Assembly: GCA_003427395.1 (NCBI GenBank)
Contig: BFEA01000025.1
Coordinates: forward strand, 1,616,888-1,680,887
Length of the DNA: 64,000 nt
Direction: 5' to 3'
DNA from: Chara braunii
Taxonomy: Eukaryota; Plantae; Charophyceae
Shown here: positions 38,742-51,708 of the stretch, one piece after another
Numbering within the stretch: position 1 is the stretch's first letter
How the letters are laid out: every line of letters begins with the position of its first letter
The notes under the pieces: model-generated
The model's input: the letters and a program-made list of their open reading frames with translations, nothing else
Told to the model about the DNA's origin: nothing
Database searches by the model: none
Translations under genes and position numbers: made by a program

Positions 38742-39170
38742 CCCGAACGGTGACTTTTACCTTGCACCTATCTGCCTTAAATACTGCCTACCAACTAGTC
38801 CTACTATGGTTCATCGGGAAAATAAAAAACAAAGCTCGTAACCCCGCGCTTGTTTCCGTTCCGGTTCGGTCGGTTCCTCCTCTGAAAACGAAACTCAAAA
38901 AATTCCGAAAACGAAGGTCACCTTGCGCTTTCCATTCCGCTTCGAAACGAAATCGAAAAACAACACGAAAAACACAGAAACGAAAATAAAAAAATAACCT
39001 CCCGCTTTCCGTTCTGGTCCAAAACGAAATAAAAAAAACGAAAAAAAAAAAAAAAGTCTCTCCGTGCTCTTTTCGTTTGGTCCCTTTCTTGGCGCTGTTG
39101 CCCCATCCATTCTGAACTGTTGGCGTGCTCAGATGTGCAGTCCCCTTGCTGCCACGTCGCTTCGCGTGTT

Positions 39171-41430
39171 TCAGGTAGCTTTTTGCCATGTCTCCACTAC
39201 TCCCGCGCTCATGGTCCTTTCCACATAGCACTTGAACCCACATGCCCCACTCTCCCCTTTTGCTTTTGAGAACTGCCTCAACCTTCCTTCGAAGTAGGGG
39301 TCTGGAAATCTGCATCTCCGTAGCTCCATTCTGAGGGCCAGGAGGGTTGGTCCCGCGTCTTCCTTGTCCAACGTGTGATCCCAGATCCAGTGCAGGTAGC
39401 CAGTGATTACGGCCTTCTTTGCTTCCGGTGTCGTGTACGACTCGAAGTCTTGTAGTCCTTGGAACACTATCCTACCCCCCTGAAGGAGCTCTGGTCCGTT
39501 TGCCGTTACTGGGGTACACATAATGACAGGGGGGTACATGCTGACTCATACCTCGCATCCCAAGAATGGCCACGTCCTGGTTCCCCCGTCTGTCCTTTTC
39601 AGCGTTAATTTTTCTTGTCATAGCATTGTTTGAATCTCTTGATGATGTCCACTGCTCTCTGCACGCTCATACTCTGGGCGATCCGGAACAACTTGATGAA
39701 AATGGACACGTCATCCACTAGTCTGCATCCCTGGATCAGTCCTCTGTCCGTTCCTAGTGAGGCTAAGAATGAATACTCGCAGTAGGCACATAGTAAGCAT
39801 GCTATTGCAGGGTTGCTGCTCTTCCCCATAGGAATGGCGTCTTTTTGTTGCCGAATCCTGTCAGCAGCCACCACGAATGTGTGTTGTAAGTCAAACTTGA
39901 CAAAACTCTCGATCGTGTGGAATTTTACTGCTTTCCACCCAGCTTCCCCTGCTGCCTTTCCGAAAGTAGCTCCTCTTCCTTTGATCTTTACTCTCACATG
40001 CTCCCTTCCTTTCTCTTCAAACAGTTCAATCATCCATTCTACTGCTTTGACAATTGCTTCATGGGGCAGCTTCGAGATCATGTCCTGGATGTTGAAGCTG
40101 GCGGCCATCATTCCCCATCCTGGCCCCTTGTTCTTTCCTGAAGAATTCATGACCTGGAGTCGTTGTATCAGTTCCTGCGTGCTTTTCGTATTGAAGTTCG
40201 TATTCCTCGGCAATTTCCACAACAAGAAATTGAGCGCCTTGCCAACGAGCCTGCACATGCACCCGGATGGTTCACTGTACGATGGACATATTGGTCTCCA
40301 TCTGGTCATGTCTTTATGTTTAGGTATGGCATAGGCTCGTCTGAATGTCCCTTCATTGTCCCATCTGGTTGTCCTCTTGTATCCCTCTTTGATGTATCGC
40401 TTCTTCACCATCTCGAGTAATGTCATCTCATCTTCTTTCCTTCTGATGAATGTTTCATTGTCTATGAACATCATTCGCATTGCTTCTTCATACTGTACTG
40501 GACAGCATGCCATTGAATCTCCCAGGTTGTGATCCATAGGCATGATCACAAGCCCATCCAACTTTCTCTTTACTGCTTGGACTTGACTCACTAAGATGCC
40601 TTTGTTCCGCCTTACTTCCTTTCTATAGCACTTCTCTAATTCCATCCTCCGAAAACCTTGGGCTTGTCCTTCGTCGAAGAATTCTTCAAATGCTAAGTTT
40701 ATCTGTCTGTGTAATGGCCGTCCAATGCTTTCATCTGGACTGGGTATATTATTGGAGTTCTTTGCTACCGTAACGGCCTCTACCTCCTCTGAAAAGCGAA
40801 AACAGACGTGGCCTTCTTCATTTCTTGTAAAATTTATTTCTTCACAGGTACACTTGGAGCTCCGTTCTACCTTTTTGACAAAGATGCGATGGTTGCGGAG
40901 GATCTCGCCGATCGTCCTTCCTCTCACCCATACTACCCGCATTCGCCGGCAGACGAATTCGGACACAACGTGTCTACTATAGGACTCTTTTACTCTATTT
41001 TTACAGCACCTCGCCAACTCAAACTTACTCAGGCCTTCCTCGTATTGTACGCGCACGATCAATCTTCATCTCACGTTCATTCTGAATTTTGCTCTGATCA
41101 CCTAGGTGATCGTGCCCCGGAGAATCGATCTCGTAATTTTCTCCTTGAATTCCCGTATACCGTAGTATAGCCCATTGCAACCAGCTTGTCGATTGTGAAT
41201 GTGTTCGAGAAGAGTGTCCTCCGGTACTGCGGGATTCGAACGAGTGCCGCTAACAGGCAGTGGTTTGGTCGGCACTCCCTTTCCACCACTCTTGAGATCT
41301 CACATGTGTTGCCAATCATCTCTCTCACCCGCATTTGCTTTAGTAGTATCTTCTTCTCGCGCCATCCAATCGCGCTCATGTTGAACCTTCGTTTCACCAC
41401 CGACCAATCTTCGCACCACTGTGTGCCTTC
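39171..41430 (-). pseudogene. Penelope-like reverse transcriptase ORF (frameshifted)
   Basis: ORFs 41098-41430, 39605-41062 and 39171-39539 are collinear pieces. Confidence 0.85.
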
Positions 41431-42651
41431 ACCGATTGTGATTCCTGTTTTGTAGTAGATTTTGCAAAATACAACACACATGGAATTCAAAACCATCCCT
41501 CGTGATGTCGGTGACATGAGGGCGGTAAAAGAATTGGAACCGCGTCTTAAACACACCGAAGAAACACTCGGCTGCGAATAAGACTATCTTGTGGAGGGCA
41601 TCAAACGTCATCATGGACTGCGTGATGATAGGCTGATGGGCATATGGAATGACAAGCCATGGAAGGTTAGGATTACCCCCATTGCCAAATAAGCAGCCAC
41701 CAGGCACACCAGGGGTCGGTGCCCTTTTCCTATGGAAAGGGCCTTTCGGATCATCCAAAAAAAGGTAACCCTTCAACACTCTCCTGTACAAGGACGAGTT
41801 CCTTAGGGTACAGGCATCACCTACGGTCCCTGGGAAACCGTAGCAGAAGTCAAGAATCTTCAGATCGGAGTCCACCAGATTGGTCCTCCCCGAGCAATAG
41901 TCGTCAGCATCCCTCGATCGGGGCTTGTCCTCATAAACATGGGTGCAATCTATGCACCCCAAACAATTTGGAAAACCAAGAGCTTCAAACTTCCGCATCC
42001 TCCAGTGATGCTCGGCGAGCCCCCCCAAAACCGACTGCTTTGGGGTAACAAGGTATATTAATCGCTTCAACAACTACTCTTATTGCACGTAGACCGCTTG
42101 TCTTGCCCATACCATACCCCGAGCAATTGTGCCAATGTGAGTCCCTGTGACTCGCTGTGAGCCCACCTGTGGATAGCATATGCTATTTTTTGGGGGGGAG
42201 GCAACGGGATGCTGAACCTGGTCACCTCCTTCGCCAAATGTTGTCCCAATTTTCGTAACAAACACTTGAAGGTTGACTGCCTCATCCTGATGAGTCCGAT
42301 GTAATGGTCATTCTCGGTGTCGTTGCTTGGCATAAGATCCTTCCACAAGCTTGATGACCGCCGCATCACCTACCACCTCGGCGAAGACCGAGGCAGTAGA
42401 TTGGTTATGTCCACAATGGTTGGCCATAGCCAAACTAGACTGTGCCCCCTACAATCATCATCATCATCACCATCAATCGGCTGAAGTCGGCACTGATTTG
42501 CAGACGTGAGTTGCAAAAGTGGACTCCTAGATTTTAATCCCAAAATCAACTCCAACATTTGAAACGCATCCTCTGTCATCCGCCCTGCCACAGCCATGAC
42601 GGCCACAACAAGTCTTTCGCGATCTCTCCTTCGTAAACGAGCCATGAACAA
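41429..42651 (-). pseudogene. PIF/Harbinger (HARBI1-like) DDE transposase pseudogene
   Basis: RMRQSTF, GFPNCLGCIDCTHV, YGFPGTVGDA, LFGNGGNP (DxGY), ECFFGVFKTRF, CCILQN. Confidence 0.92.
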
Positions 42652-43312
42652 AGCCTAACTGCTTCTCGCCCAACTGCACTAACAAATGTCAAGTGCACTC
42701 CTTCAATCCCCCCCTCTTCTGATAAAAAAATATATATATCCCTTCGTTTAGGCCAACAGGCCTAAGCGCCCTTTGCAAGTGCTAGAAGGGCTTCTACGCA
42801 TGATGGGCAATGTTCACGGACCACAGCGAGTCTTGTCCATGGAACAACCTTAATTGTGCAGTGCAAGCCTACGTTCCCCAACAACACGTAGGGGCTGCAC
42901 CATCCAAAGTGGGACGCGGTACGCCCCTCAGCTGGATAGTCGATGGCACAGATTGACGAGCCGGCATGGTTGCACAAAAGTAGAGAATTTTCCATCATGT
43001 TTCTATCGTGGCCATCTATCTTATCAACAATCTCACGGTCAAAATACAAAGACTCCTTAGAGGCAAACGCGCCTACTGCACGAAACTGGAAAGGTAAGTT
43101 TCCACATCCGTTGTACGGCCTTGCCATATGTTACAAGGTACACCACATGGCCAAGTGCGGAAGGCAGGTCCTCAAACATATGTGCATTTTTTAATTTGGG
43201 GCACTACGACAGAAGATCCTACGGGAAGGCAAGTCGGGACGAAGTAGGTGAAACGGGAGAGGCTTCCACATGATTGTTTCCCGTTTTCGTCGGACACAAT
43301 GTAAGAAAGGTT

Positions 43313-43375
43313 TTTAAAAATCTTCATAAAATCGGATTCCGATTTAAAAATCTTCATAAAATCGGATTCCGATTT
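43313..43375. repeat. 30-bp tandem duplication
   Basis: tttaaaaatcttcataaaatcggattccga occurs twice. Confidence 0.9.
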
Positions 43376-46339
43376 ATTTAAGAAACATGATTCTGCATTG
43401 TTATAGAATACAGAAATACAAAACATCGTCACACACCTTTGTAAACCGGTGCTGGTGGGCCACAACCAGTCCTGTCCATTTAGCACTTCTCAAAATGGAG
43501 CAAAAAAAGAGACCCTAAATCTGCCAAGCCCACTGGGGGCAATGACTGGCGCAGTTTTAGACCCCTGCTAAACTTGCACATTTTGAAACTCACACCATGA
43601 CACCGGCTCCACTTTGTCTTTTCTTGCCTATTTCAAAGTAAAAATGTGTCACAGCCACAATTTCCCTTTTTTTTTAATACAATCGGAAACCTGGTCTGGC
43701 GGAAGGTAGTGAAAGGCAAAAATAATTTGAGAGAAGAACATAGTGTAGTTTTTATAGAAAAAAATGCAAAAAGAAAAAAACAAAAAAAGGATTTTGTGTA
43801 TTTCGTGTATTTGAAGTATTTCGCCTTTCTTCACCAGCCGCGATCCGTCGCAGATTCAGGGTTCCTCGTCTTGGGGACAATGGCCCAATAAATGTTTTGC
43901 AGGTCCATTGAAGTTGCGACTGCACCGAGGCCATCTGGTCCACTACTACCCCTCAGATGACGGCATTGGGGCTGGAAAATTTCTCTAACCATATCCACCA
44001 GTAGGTCATGGGTCATCCATTTTGGTGATTGCTGTTTGTGTCGTGTTTCTTAGTGAAAGACCATAGTTGGGGGGGTGGCACTCTTGGGAAAGGAGAGGCC
44101 TTGGGGAAACACCCCTTCATCGTTCTATTCTTTCACCAAAGACCTGATTTTGTAGAGGGCTATAAGATGGGAGGGAGTTCCCCTCCACCCTTCCAAGGTG
44201 ACACCTTGTAAGGCCGAGTAACATTTTCAGCACTCAGTTTGGTAATCTTCGAACCTACCCACTTGAGTTCTCATCCCCAACTGCCATTCATCATTGGGCA
44301 TCCTCTNNNNNNNNNNNNNNNNNNNNNNNNNNNNNNNNNNNNNNNNNNNNNNNNNNNNNNNNNNNNNNNNNNNNNNNNNNNNNNNNNNNNNNNNNNNNNN
44401 NNNNNNNNNNNNNNNNNNNNNNNNNNNNNNNNNNNNNNNNNNNNNNNNNNNNNNNNNNNNNNNNNNNNNNNNNNNNNNNNNNNNNNNNNNNTGATGACAA
44501 TGATCCAGATGATCCTGATGATGCAACTACGATGATTACGATTATACTGTATCATCTATTCCTGCCTCGTAATCTTTGAGTACCACCTAACCTTTTCTAT
44601 ACCAGAAAACCGATACTCAGAAATAATATCATCCTAACCAACGTCACACATTGCAGATCTGTTCTCGCCAACTAACAGCCCCCCTCGATACACCACTGAA
44701 TTGCCTTCCTCCCTCGGCAATCTCCAGATCTCTCGACAAGGCCTCACACTCCTGCGATCTGCAGGTTACAGGGCAACACCTCAGCTCCGGCCGGCATCGT
44801 TCTGGCATCGGCGAACCAGGGGCACAGAACAAATCTACTCTGTTGACATCAGTCCGGGTTCTACCACCTCTGAGCACCTAGACCCCAAATAAGGACAAGG
44901 GCTAGATGTTACCAAAACCCAGAAAAACCAGAAACACCAGAAAAAAGTTGATATTGATTATGATGATGATGATGATGATTAATCTAATGATTAACTTATC
45001 CCTTTTCTTATCAGTATAGTACTACGCACTTCCTGGATCCTTAAAAACAGTCGTCTGTCTCCCAGGGTGTGCGTAGCACTAATTAAAGATTAATGAAGAC
45101 AAAAGCATGAGACGTTAATCAGAATATTGAAAGTCTTCTCCCCTTCCCCCCCTCCTCATTTCCCCCCGTCCCATCGTTGCCTCCGTCGAAGCCAGTCCCA
45201 ATATATAGGCCCTTCCTTTCGGCCCCAACTTGGAACAGACCCTGTCACCCTCACTATATCCCCAGAGGCATTCAGTTCCCACCCAAAGAATACCTCTGCA
45301 TACCCCTTACCCTATTCTGCCTCCGCTGGGGCTAGATGTCTCATCTCACCTCTGCCCCAACCCCAGAATAGAGTATCCCTTATGATCTGCACATACCCTC
45401 TTCAGAGCGTCCACCTCCCTCCTTGTGAAGCCCCTGCAGAGCACTGCTCCCCCCCTCTATAATACCATACCACCAAACTGCAAATGAACACTAAATAGCC
45501 TGCTGGAAAAGACAAGAAACTTCCATAGGAAAAACATACGCAGAAATTGGATGTCTATTCTTGTCATGAAAACGAAGGAAAATACGAAATAAAACACAAA
45601 ATAAAATACGAAATACAATTAGAATTATAAATAAGACAGTCACATTGTAACGATTTTGAGGAAATCAAGGATGAACAATAAAGGAAAACTTGATTAATAA
45701 TTAATGGACAATAAAGGAAAACTTAATTAGTAATTAATGAAATAGAATTTTGGTATTAAAAATACCATGCAGGATCGTACATTAAATAGAAATCTAGGTA
45801 CTTATAAATACCTTCTCGATTGATTTAATGGGAAATAACGGACCCAAGAATGGGACTGAACGGAAAAAAATCCAGATAATAGATGAGATATTTATTAAAG
45901 ATGATAGAAATAAGAAGATAAATTAGTATATTGGCCAAGATATGATTAATACGATAAAGACCAGATTCGATTTGTAGGATATAGTTGAGAAAAAAACCTG
46001 AGAAGCAGACCTGGTGAACAGAAACCAATTACCAACATACCACGAAAAAAAAAAACACAAAAAGCCTTTTGAAGTTCCCCTCCCCCCCTCCTCCCCGCCC
46101 CCTTCCCTCTCCCCCCCTCTATCCCTACTCTCCCCAAACCTCTCCCCCATCCTTCCCCCCGCCACTTCTTACAATGGATGTCCCAATCTCCCACTATTGA
46201 AGTAGCAGACGGAGTGAATCAGAGAAAAAGAAACGAGCAGGAGAGAAGAGCGAGCAGGGAAGGTGGACGTTACGGAGGAGGCGAATGAGATAATGGAAAT
46301 GAGGAGTGGAAGAAGATGATAGTGATGACTCAAAAAGAA

Positions 46340-46378
<39 letters not shown>

Positions 46379-46379
46379 A

Positions 46380-46419
<40 letters not shown>

Positions 46420-46590
46420 CATCAGCAATGCTAATGATGAAGACAACAATACCACCAAATGATGATGATGATAAAGGATACAATGCCACTTGATGACGAT
46501 GATGATGATGATGCTGATGCTGATGACATCAGCAGTGTTGATGATAAGAACAACGATACCAGTTAATGATGATGATGATGATGATGATGA
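46340..46590. repeat. (GAT)n microsatellite cluster
   Basis: Directly visible. Confidence 0.9.
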
Positions 46591-47599
46591 AGAAACCGAT
46601 TACCATTGCTGAGAGCACCTCCCTTCAACTGAAGAAATCCTCATGACGACTGATGCTCTTGGATACAGTGAAACGAACAACAAGCAGCCAACGACATCGA
46701 GTTGAAGCCCTGTTCCATTTGACGAACCCATGACACCTCCTGACTGCATTCTCGATAACCTACCACTCATTATCACCCAACAATCCTCCTCCCACCCCAC
46801 CAGACACACTTTGCTCTTCTCCTTCTTGTTGTGTGCCGACCTCCTCCACCCAAATTAGCAAGATGAAGAACATGAGTGATTACTCTTGAAGCGAAGCTCA
46901 AAAGAAAGTCCCACTCCCCTCCATATGGCATGCTGACCCACCGCATCGCCCACATGAAGCATGAAGCGGATAGATGGCACCAAAGTGCTTTCAAGAGTCA
47001 AGTGATAGAAAGTGAAGTAGTGTAAGCCAATCGTTGACGTCCACATTTCGATTTCGCGCATCATGCAGCGTTAGCCCCTTCTCCACCAATCAACACATAC
47101 CCCAAGTGTTGACTTGTTGTCGTGGCCATGCATCCCACGAAGCCTGCCAGAAGCCACACGTGCATCCTCGGCAACACAAACACGCCCGCCAGCCATAGGC
47201 ATCGTGTGGTCTGTTGTACTCATTCATGATATGCAACAAACAACAATGCCCCCGATCCAGCCTAGATCGCCGCTGATGCTGGAACAACAAACACAGGTCG
47301 GAGAAGATGCCAATACAAGTGCAATACAGCAGGCCAACGCATTTATGGGGCCTGCCCAGGACCTCAATCTGAGACACCTCCTGGCGGACCTCCCCGACCC
47401 GTCTTCTGACTTTAACTCGGACTCAGAGTCGGACAGTAAAACGACATCCGGGGAGCTATTCCCGGACTTCCCCTTGACCCATAGACTTCAAGTCCCTTCG
47501 GACCAGAAGCAAGCCCCGCCTCTCCTGGAGCCAGGTGCACCACAAGTCGGCAAGACACTGATGTCTGTTCCACCTCTGACTATCGCCATGCCACACACT

Positions 47600-50516
47600 C
47601 AAGACGTAAAACCGTACAAGTGATTGACCTCAGTGAAAACCCAGATAGTGACCCCTAGGCAAGCAACGACCTCCAAGAGGACTGAACACTCGATCCCCAT
47701 GACATCTTTAACCATGAATTATGAGTCCTTCCATGTGGTTCTTTCGCGTTGGGCCTGCAACTAGCCTAAGCCAGTAACTGCATCGAATGAACACTTATCA
47801 AGGACATAAAAGTTCAACTCATGTGTGATTGTGCGGTCTGCATCAAAGGTAGTGTGCATACAATTGACAATATGCATAGATATGACAACCTCTTGGTTGC
47901 CCACTTGGATCCGACAAGGATTTTGCAAAGTCGTTTGCTTCACTCCCAAAAGTCCCTTACGAATGTCGTGCGGTAAGAAGTAGTTGGCAGTTGCACCACA
48001 ATCATCCAACGCACAAATGTATCGACCATTAATGCAGAGCGTGAAAAATATCAATTTCGTTTTCCCCAGTGCGCGCTCTTGCTTCATCTGAGCCCATCGC
48101 AACAAGAGAGCATGAAAGTCAATCTCTTTCAACTCCAACCAAGGCTCCTTATAAAGGATATGCAGTTTCTTAGCCTTGGAATCGGCATCAGATGGGGTCT
48201 CAAAAGAGGATTGTTAAGTCGGATCAGAGTCTGTATAAGGACCTGCACTTACTTGTTTAGCCTCTCCTTTTGTAGAGTGTACTGATAATATCTCTACCCC
48301 TTTTACTGGTTTCCCTACTGCAATTTGAAACACTTTTGGACAAAATGTCCCGGTTTGGTGCAATGCAGACAAACCTCCGAGTCTTTGTTTATCCTATGTT
48401 TCTGATCGCTTTCACTCATTCGGTTTGGGTGAAATCTTTGCTCATTTTGGGAGGTGAATGGTGTTAGTATTGTTCTTCACTGAGTTTCTCGGCCCCTTAC
48501 TCTTGAAGGCAGTCTTTTTAAAGCCATTCATTGATTCATTATCATTTACAGTTTCAGACTCGTATGCTGAAGAACACGCTAGGTCAACATCTTGCTTTTG
48601 ATTGTCACCAAGGGTAGAACCATCCGCAACAGTCTGATCATCGAACTCCGGCAGGTCGTGTGATGCAAAATGGTTGCTGCCTCCATGTCGTTAACGACCA
48701 AAGGTCTTTTTGACCCTACCTGCTACGTGGAAAAAGTCTTGTGCTTTTAGCCTGACTACGTGCTTCATGAGGGAAAGTGAGTTCGTGTATTCTTCGAGTC
48801 CTGACCCAAGACAATTAGCAATGGTCGAGGCTATCGTGCCTTTCACAACATCTAAACGTAAGCTAGGTGTGGCGAAGAGATTGATGGCTTTTCATACTCT
48901 TGGCCCACTTGCTGCGTTTGACATAGTCAAGTCGGTATCTTACTCTTGCTGCAGCATTCAGATCCTAATAGCGTTTTATGAAGAGTTTCTTGAGTGCAGT
49001 GATCTCAGTGGTCTTCGGTCACTTGTTCATGTTCAGTTTGGCGTACTCGACCTGTATGGCTTGGCGTTGTACCCAGCTTCGTACTTCAGGCGCGACATTG
49101 TTTCTCACGACAATCGGTCGAGTAACTGGGGGAGTTCCCAAAATGTCGAAGTATGCTCGCATAACTGCGAGTCAGGACATGGCATCGCCTTCGCGTCGTA
49201 TCTAGGCGGTAACACGACCGCCTTCTTATCCACAGAGGGAAAGCCATTACAAGGATCAAGATCTGCAAGAATTGGAACTGGGACTGCACGAGTTGCAGAG
49301 CTCCCTGCACCGCTACTTTATGAAGTAGCAGTGGAAGGTGTACCTGTTGCAGCTCCCATATTCATCAAGCTCAAGGATGACGAAGAGAAAAGAGGGGCAT
49401 AGGTGGTAGACACGACAACTGACTGAGATGCATTTGGCAGGGCTATGGTTTCCCGCAGATCTTTTACCTGATTAAACAATTGGGAAACCAAGCCGGGGAG
49501 AGGGCCCATCATGTGGCAGTCGATTAGTCCTCTCACGTAGGCGACCAGGTGTGACTCTATCTCATCATTCGATAAGGAGGGAACAATTTTGAACACGTCG
49601 CCATGACCCTTTATAGTGACTTTCCCCCTTCATTCTGACGCCTCTTCCTCCAACTTCACCTCCTTTTTCGGTGCACTCTCATAGAGAGTCTTAAAGAGTG
49701 GTTTATCCTATGCGTCTGCAACATTCATTTGTGCCTTCAGACTCACTGAAGTTTTTGTCGCTTCTTTTGCCATGTTAGTCTTACTGGGGCTTTCAACATG
49801 CAAGTCAGAAAAGATTTTGGAAAGTCTCTCACAATAAGGGTTCCCGACGGTCTTCCTTGGACGGCACCCCGCTTCTTCTTTCTGGCGCCCTCAAGTGCAA
49901 CACTTAGTGTCCTCTCTCTCTTTACTCTCTCGGGATCGTGTCGATATGGTCATTAGTTAACCCAATGAAAGAAACAATTTCAAGTTTAGTCAGAAGAGAA
50001 GGTATAACTCCTAGTCGGAGCGACAATTCATTTGGACTGGAAAGCACACACAAAAAAATAAAAATAATAAAATAAGAGAGATTTGATTCAGCAACACAGT
50101 CTGGTCCGACTATGTATGAGATCCCCTCAAGTCTAATCGGACTTAGTCTCGTAAAAGCACAACAAATCAAATTCAAAGTGTACTACACAATGCAAGAGAG
50201 AATTGAGTGATGTCTAAGGTGCGAGTCGAGCGGTGTACCATGCAATAAAGTTTGTGAAACGTCTCAGCTGAGATCCTCTCAGCAGCAAGTGCCCTCACTA
50301 TCCGACTCCGAAAGCATACACTCTGACACTCGGCAAGGTAGAGCAAGGTGACTGACGTCAAATGGTTTGGGCCTAAGGGGCTCCTTCTTGTTTGGGCCCA
50401 ATCCCACTGCTGTGAAACCGCGCGTTCATTGAACTTGGGTATTCCGTTCAGAAACTGAACGGAATGCACGCGAGTTCAATGAACGGGACCAAACGCGAAG
50501 TTCAATTCCGCGGGGG

Positions 50517-50547
<31 letters not shown>

Positions 50548-51365
50548 CAAAAAATTCCGGAAAAAAAAAATGTTATAAGGAAAAATAAAATACACAACAT
50601 TTGTCTGAGCATTACATCTAAATTTGTTACCAAATAGGAAAAACAAAAATAGAAAACAGAAAATAGAAAAAAGTAAAAAAACTTTAAAAAAGAATTGAAA
50701 TTAGTGAGCAAACACGATTTGACACCGCCATTGGCCATTGGCGATTTTGCATTTTTTTTTGCCTTAGCAAAATGAATCCAAAATTGAAAGGCATGTACCT
50801 CACATCATATAGAACTCATTAAAAAAAAATCAGAAAAAAAAAGTTATTTTTAGGCATTAAAATAATTAAAAAATAAATAAAATAAAATAAAATAAATAAT
50901 TGAACGCCGTTCAATTTTGAACGCGAATTTAAATCCGCGTTCAAACGCACATTTGAACGCGAACACACGTTCACGGCGTTCAAACGGTTACACAATCCCA
51001 CTGGGTCCAAAAAGGTCCCAGTTGAGCCACGACTGGGTCCCAACCAACAAGAGTTCCACAAAGACCTACTTTTTATCCCTACCGTACTGAAAAACGAATT
51101 TCAACTCTAGAAAGAACCTACAGACTACAAGAGTCCGGCCACTCAGGTAAGTGTCGTGCCACAACGGTGCCCATGCATGTGTGCATGGAATTGACTGCCT
51201 ATTGGGGTATTCTGGGTTCTTCTCACGTCCTCTATAGTCTTGATCTTATGTTGAAGTGTGTGAACTGCTTTCTCACCTGATGAGTGAATGGATGGAGTAT
51301 CTTGTGCGCAATGCCATATCTTTCTATAGTACTTCATTTAGGGTCAACTTATACCCCAAAGTACA
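47600..51365 (-). mobile_element. Old Ty3/Gypsy relic: putative LTR, gag, CCHC knuckle and protease; rest of pol not seen
   Basis: Protease ICALDDCGATANYF (47761-48138); CLHCTKPGHFVQKC near 48330-48375; candidate LTR 51365-50241 (TG...CA) followed by TGGTA. Confidence 0.7.
50410..50995. mobile_element. Non-autonomous TIR DNA transposon with perfect 8-bp TSD TCCCACTG
   Basis: Ends CTGTGAAACCG / CGGTTACACAA; TSD at 50402-50409 and 50996-51003; subterminal gcgttca/tgaacgc repeats. Confidence 0.85.
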
Positions 51366-51708
51366 ACGTTGGATCCCCCGTCGATATTGAAGATCGAAGT
51401 AGCAACTTGCAGCCCGTTGGTGCAGATCTGGCCGCCACCCTCAAGCTCACCTAACTTGAGGGGAACCCTAAAGTCGCTCTTTTTTTTTTTTTCATTCGAG
51501 TTGCTCGTCATATGACTTTGACATGTCATTAGCATGTGCACCGGATTCTGCGTCCGAGCCCAACAACTTTGCTCCTGGATTACTGTCATGCCATTCGTTA
51601 AGAGATGACAAAGCCGAGAGCGGATCGGATTCCTCCTCCCCTTCTTTCTCACCTCTTCCCGAAAACTCGGCGAGCAGCCGTGAGCACCATTGGTGTCGGA
51701 ATCCCAAC

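Larger units (their letters stand above)
38400..41430 (-). mobile_element. Penelope-like retroelement (5'-truncated, degenerate); 3' boundary approximate
   Basis: RT motifs YAIPKHKD..RWRPI, SFNIQDMISKLP, IPMGKSSNPAIA, RLVDD; thumb-like KKAVITGYL; hammerhead relic in the 3' region. Confidence 0.85.

Noticed and set aside
43860-45460. Coding-like fragments, possibly old LINE remnants
   Set aside because: No diagnostic motif could be read, so left unannotated
48710-49402. 230-aa plus-strand ORF
   Set aside because: Lies antisense to the degenerate gag region of the Gypsy relic; no recognisable motif
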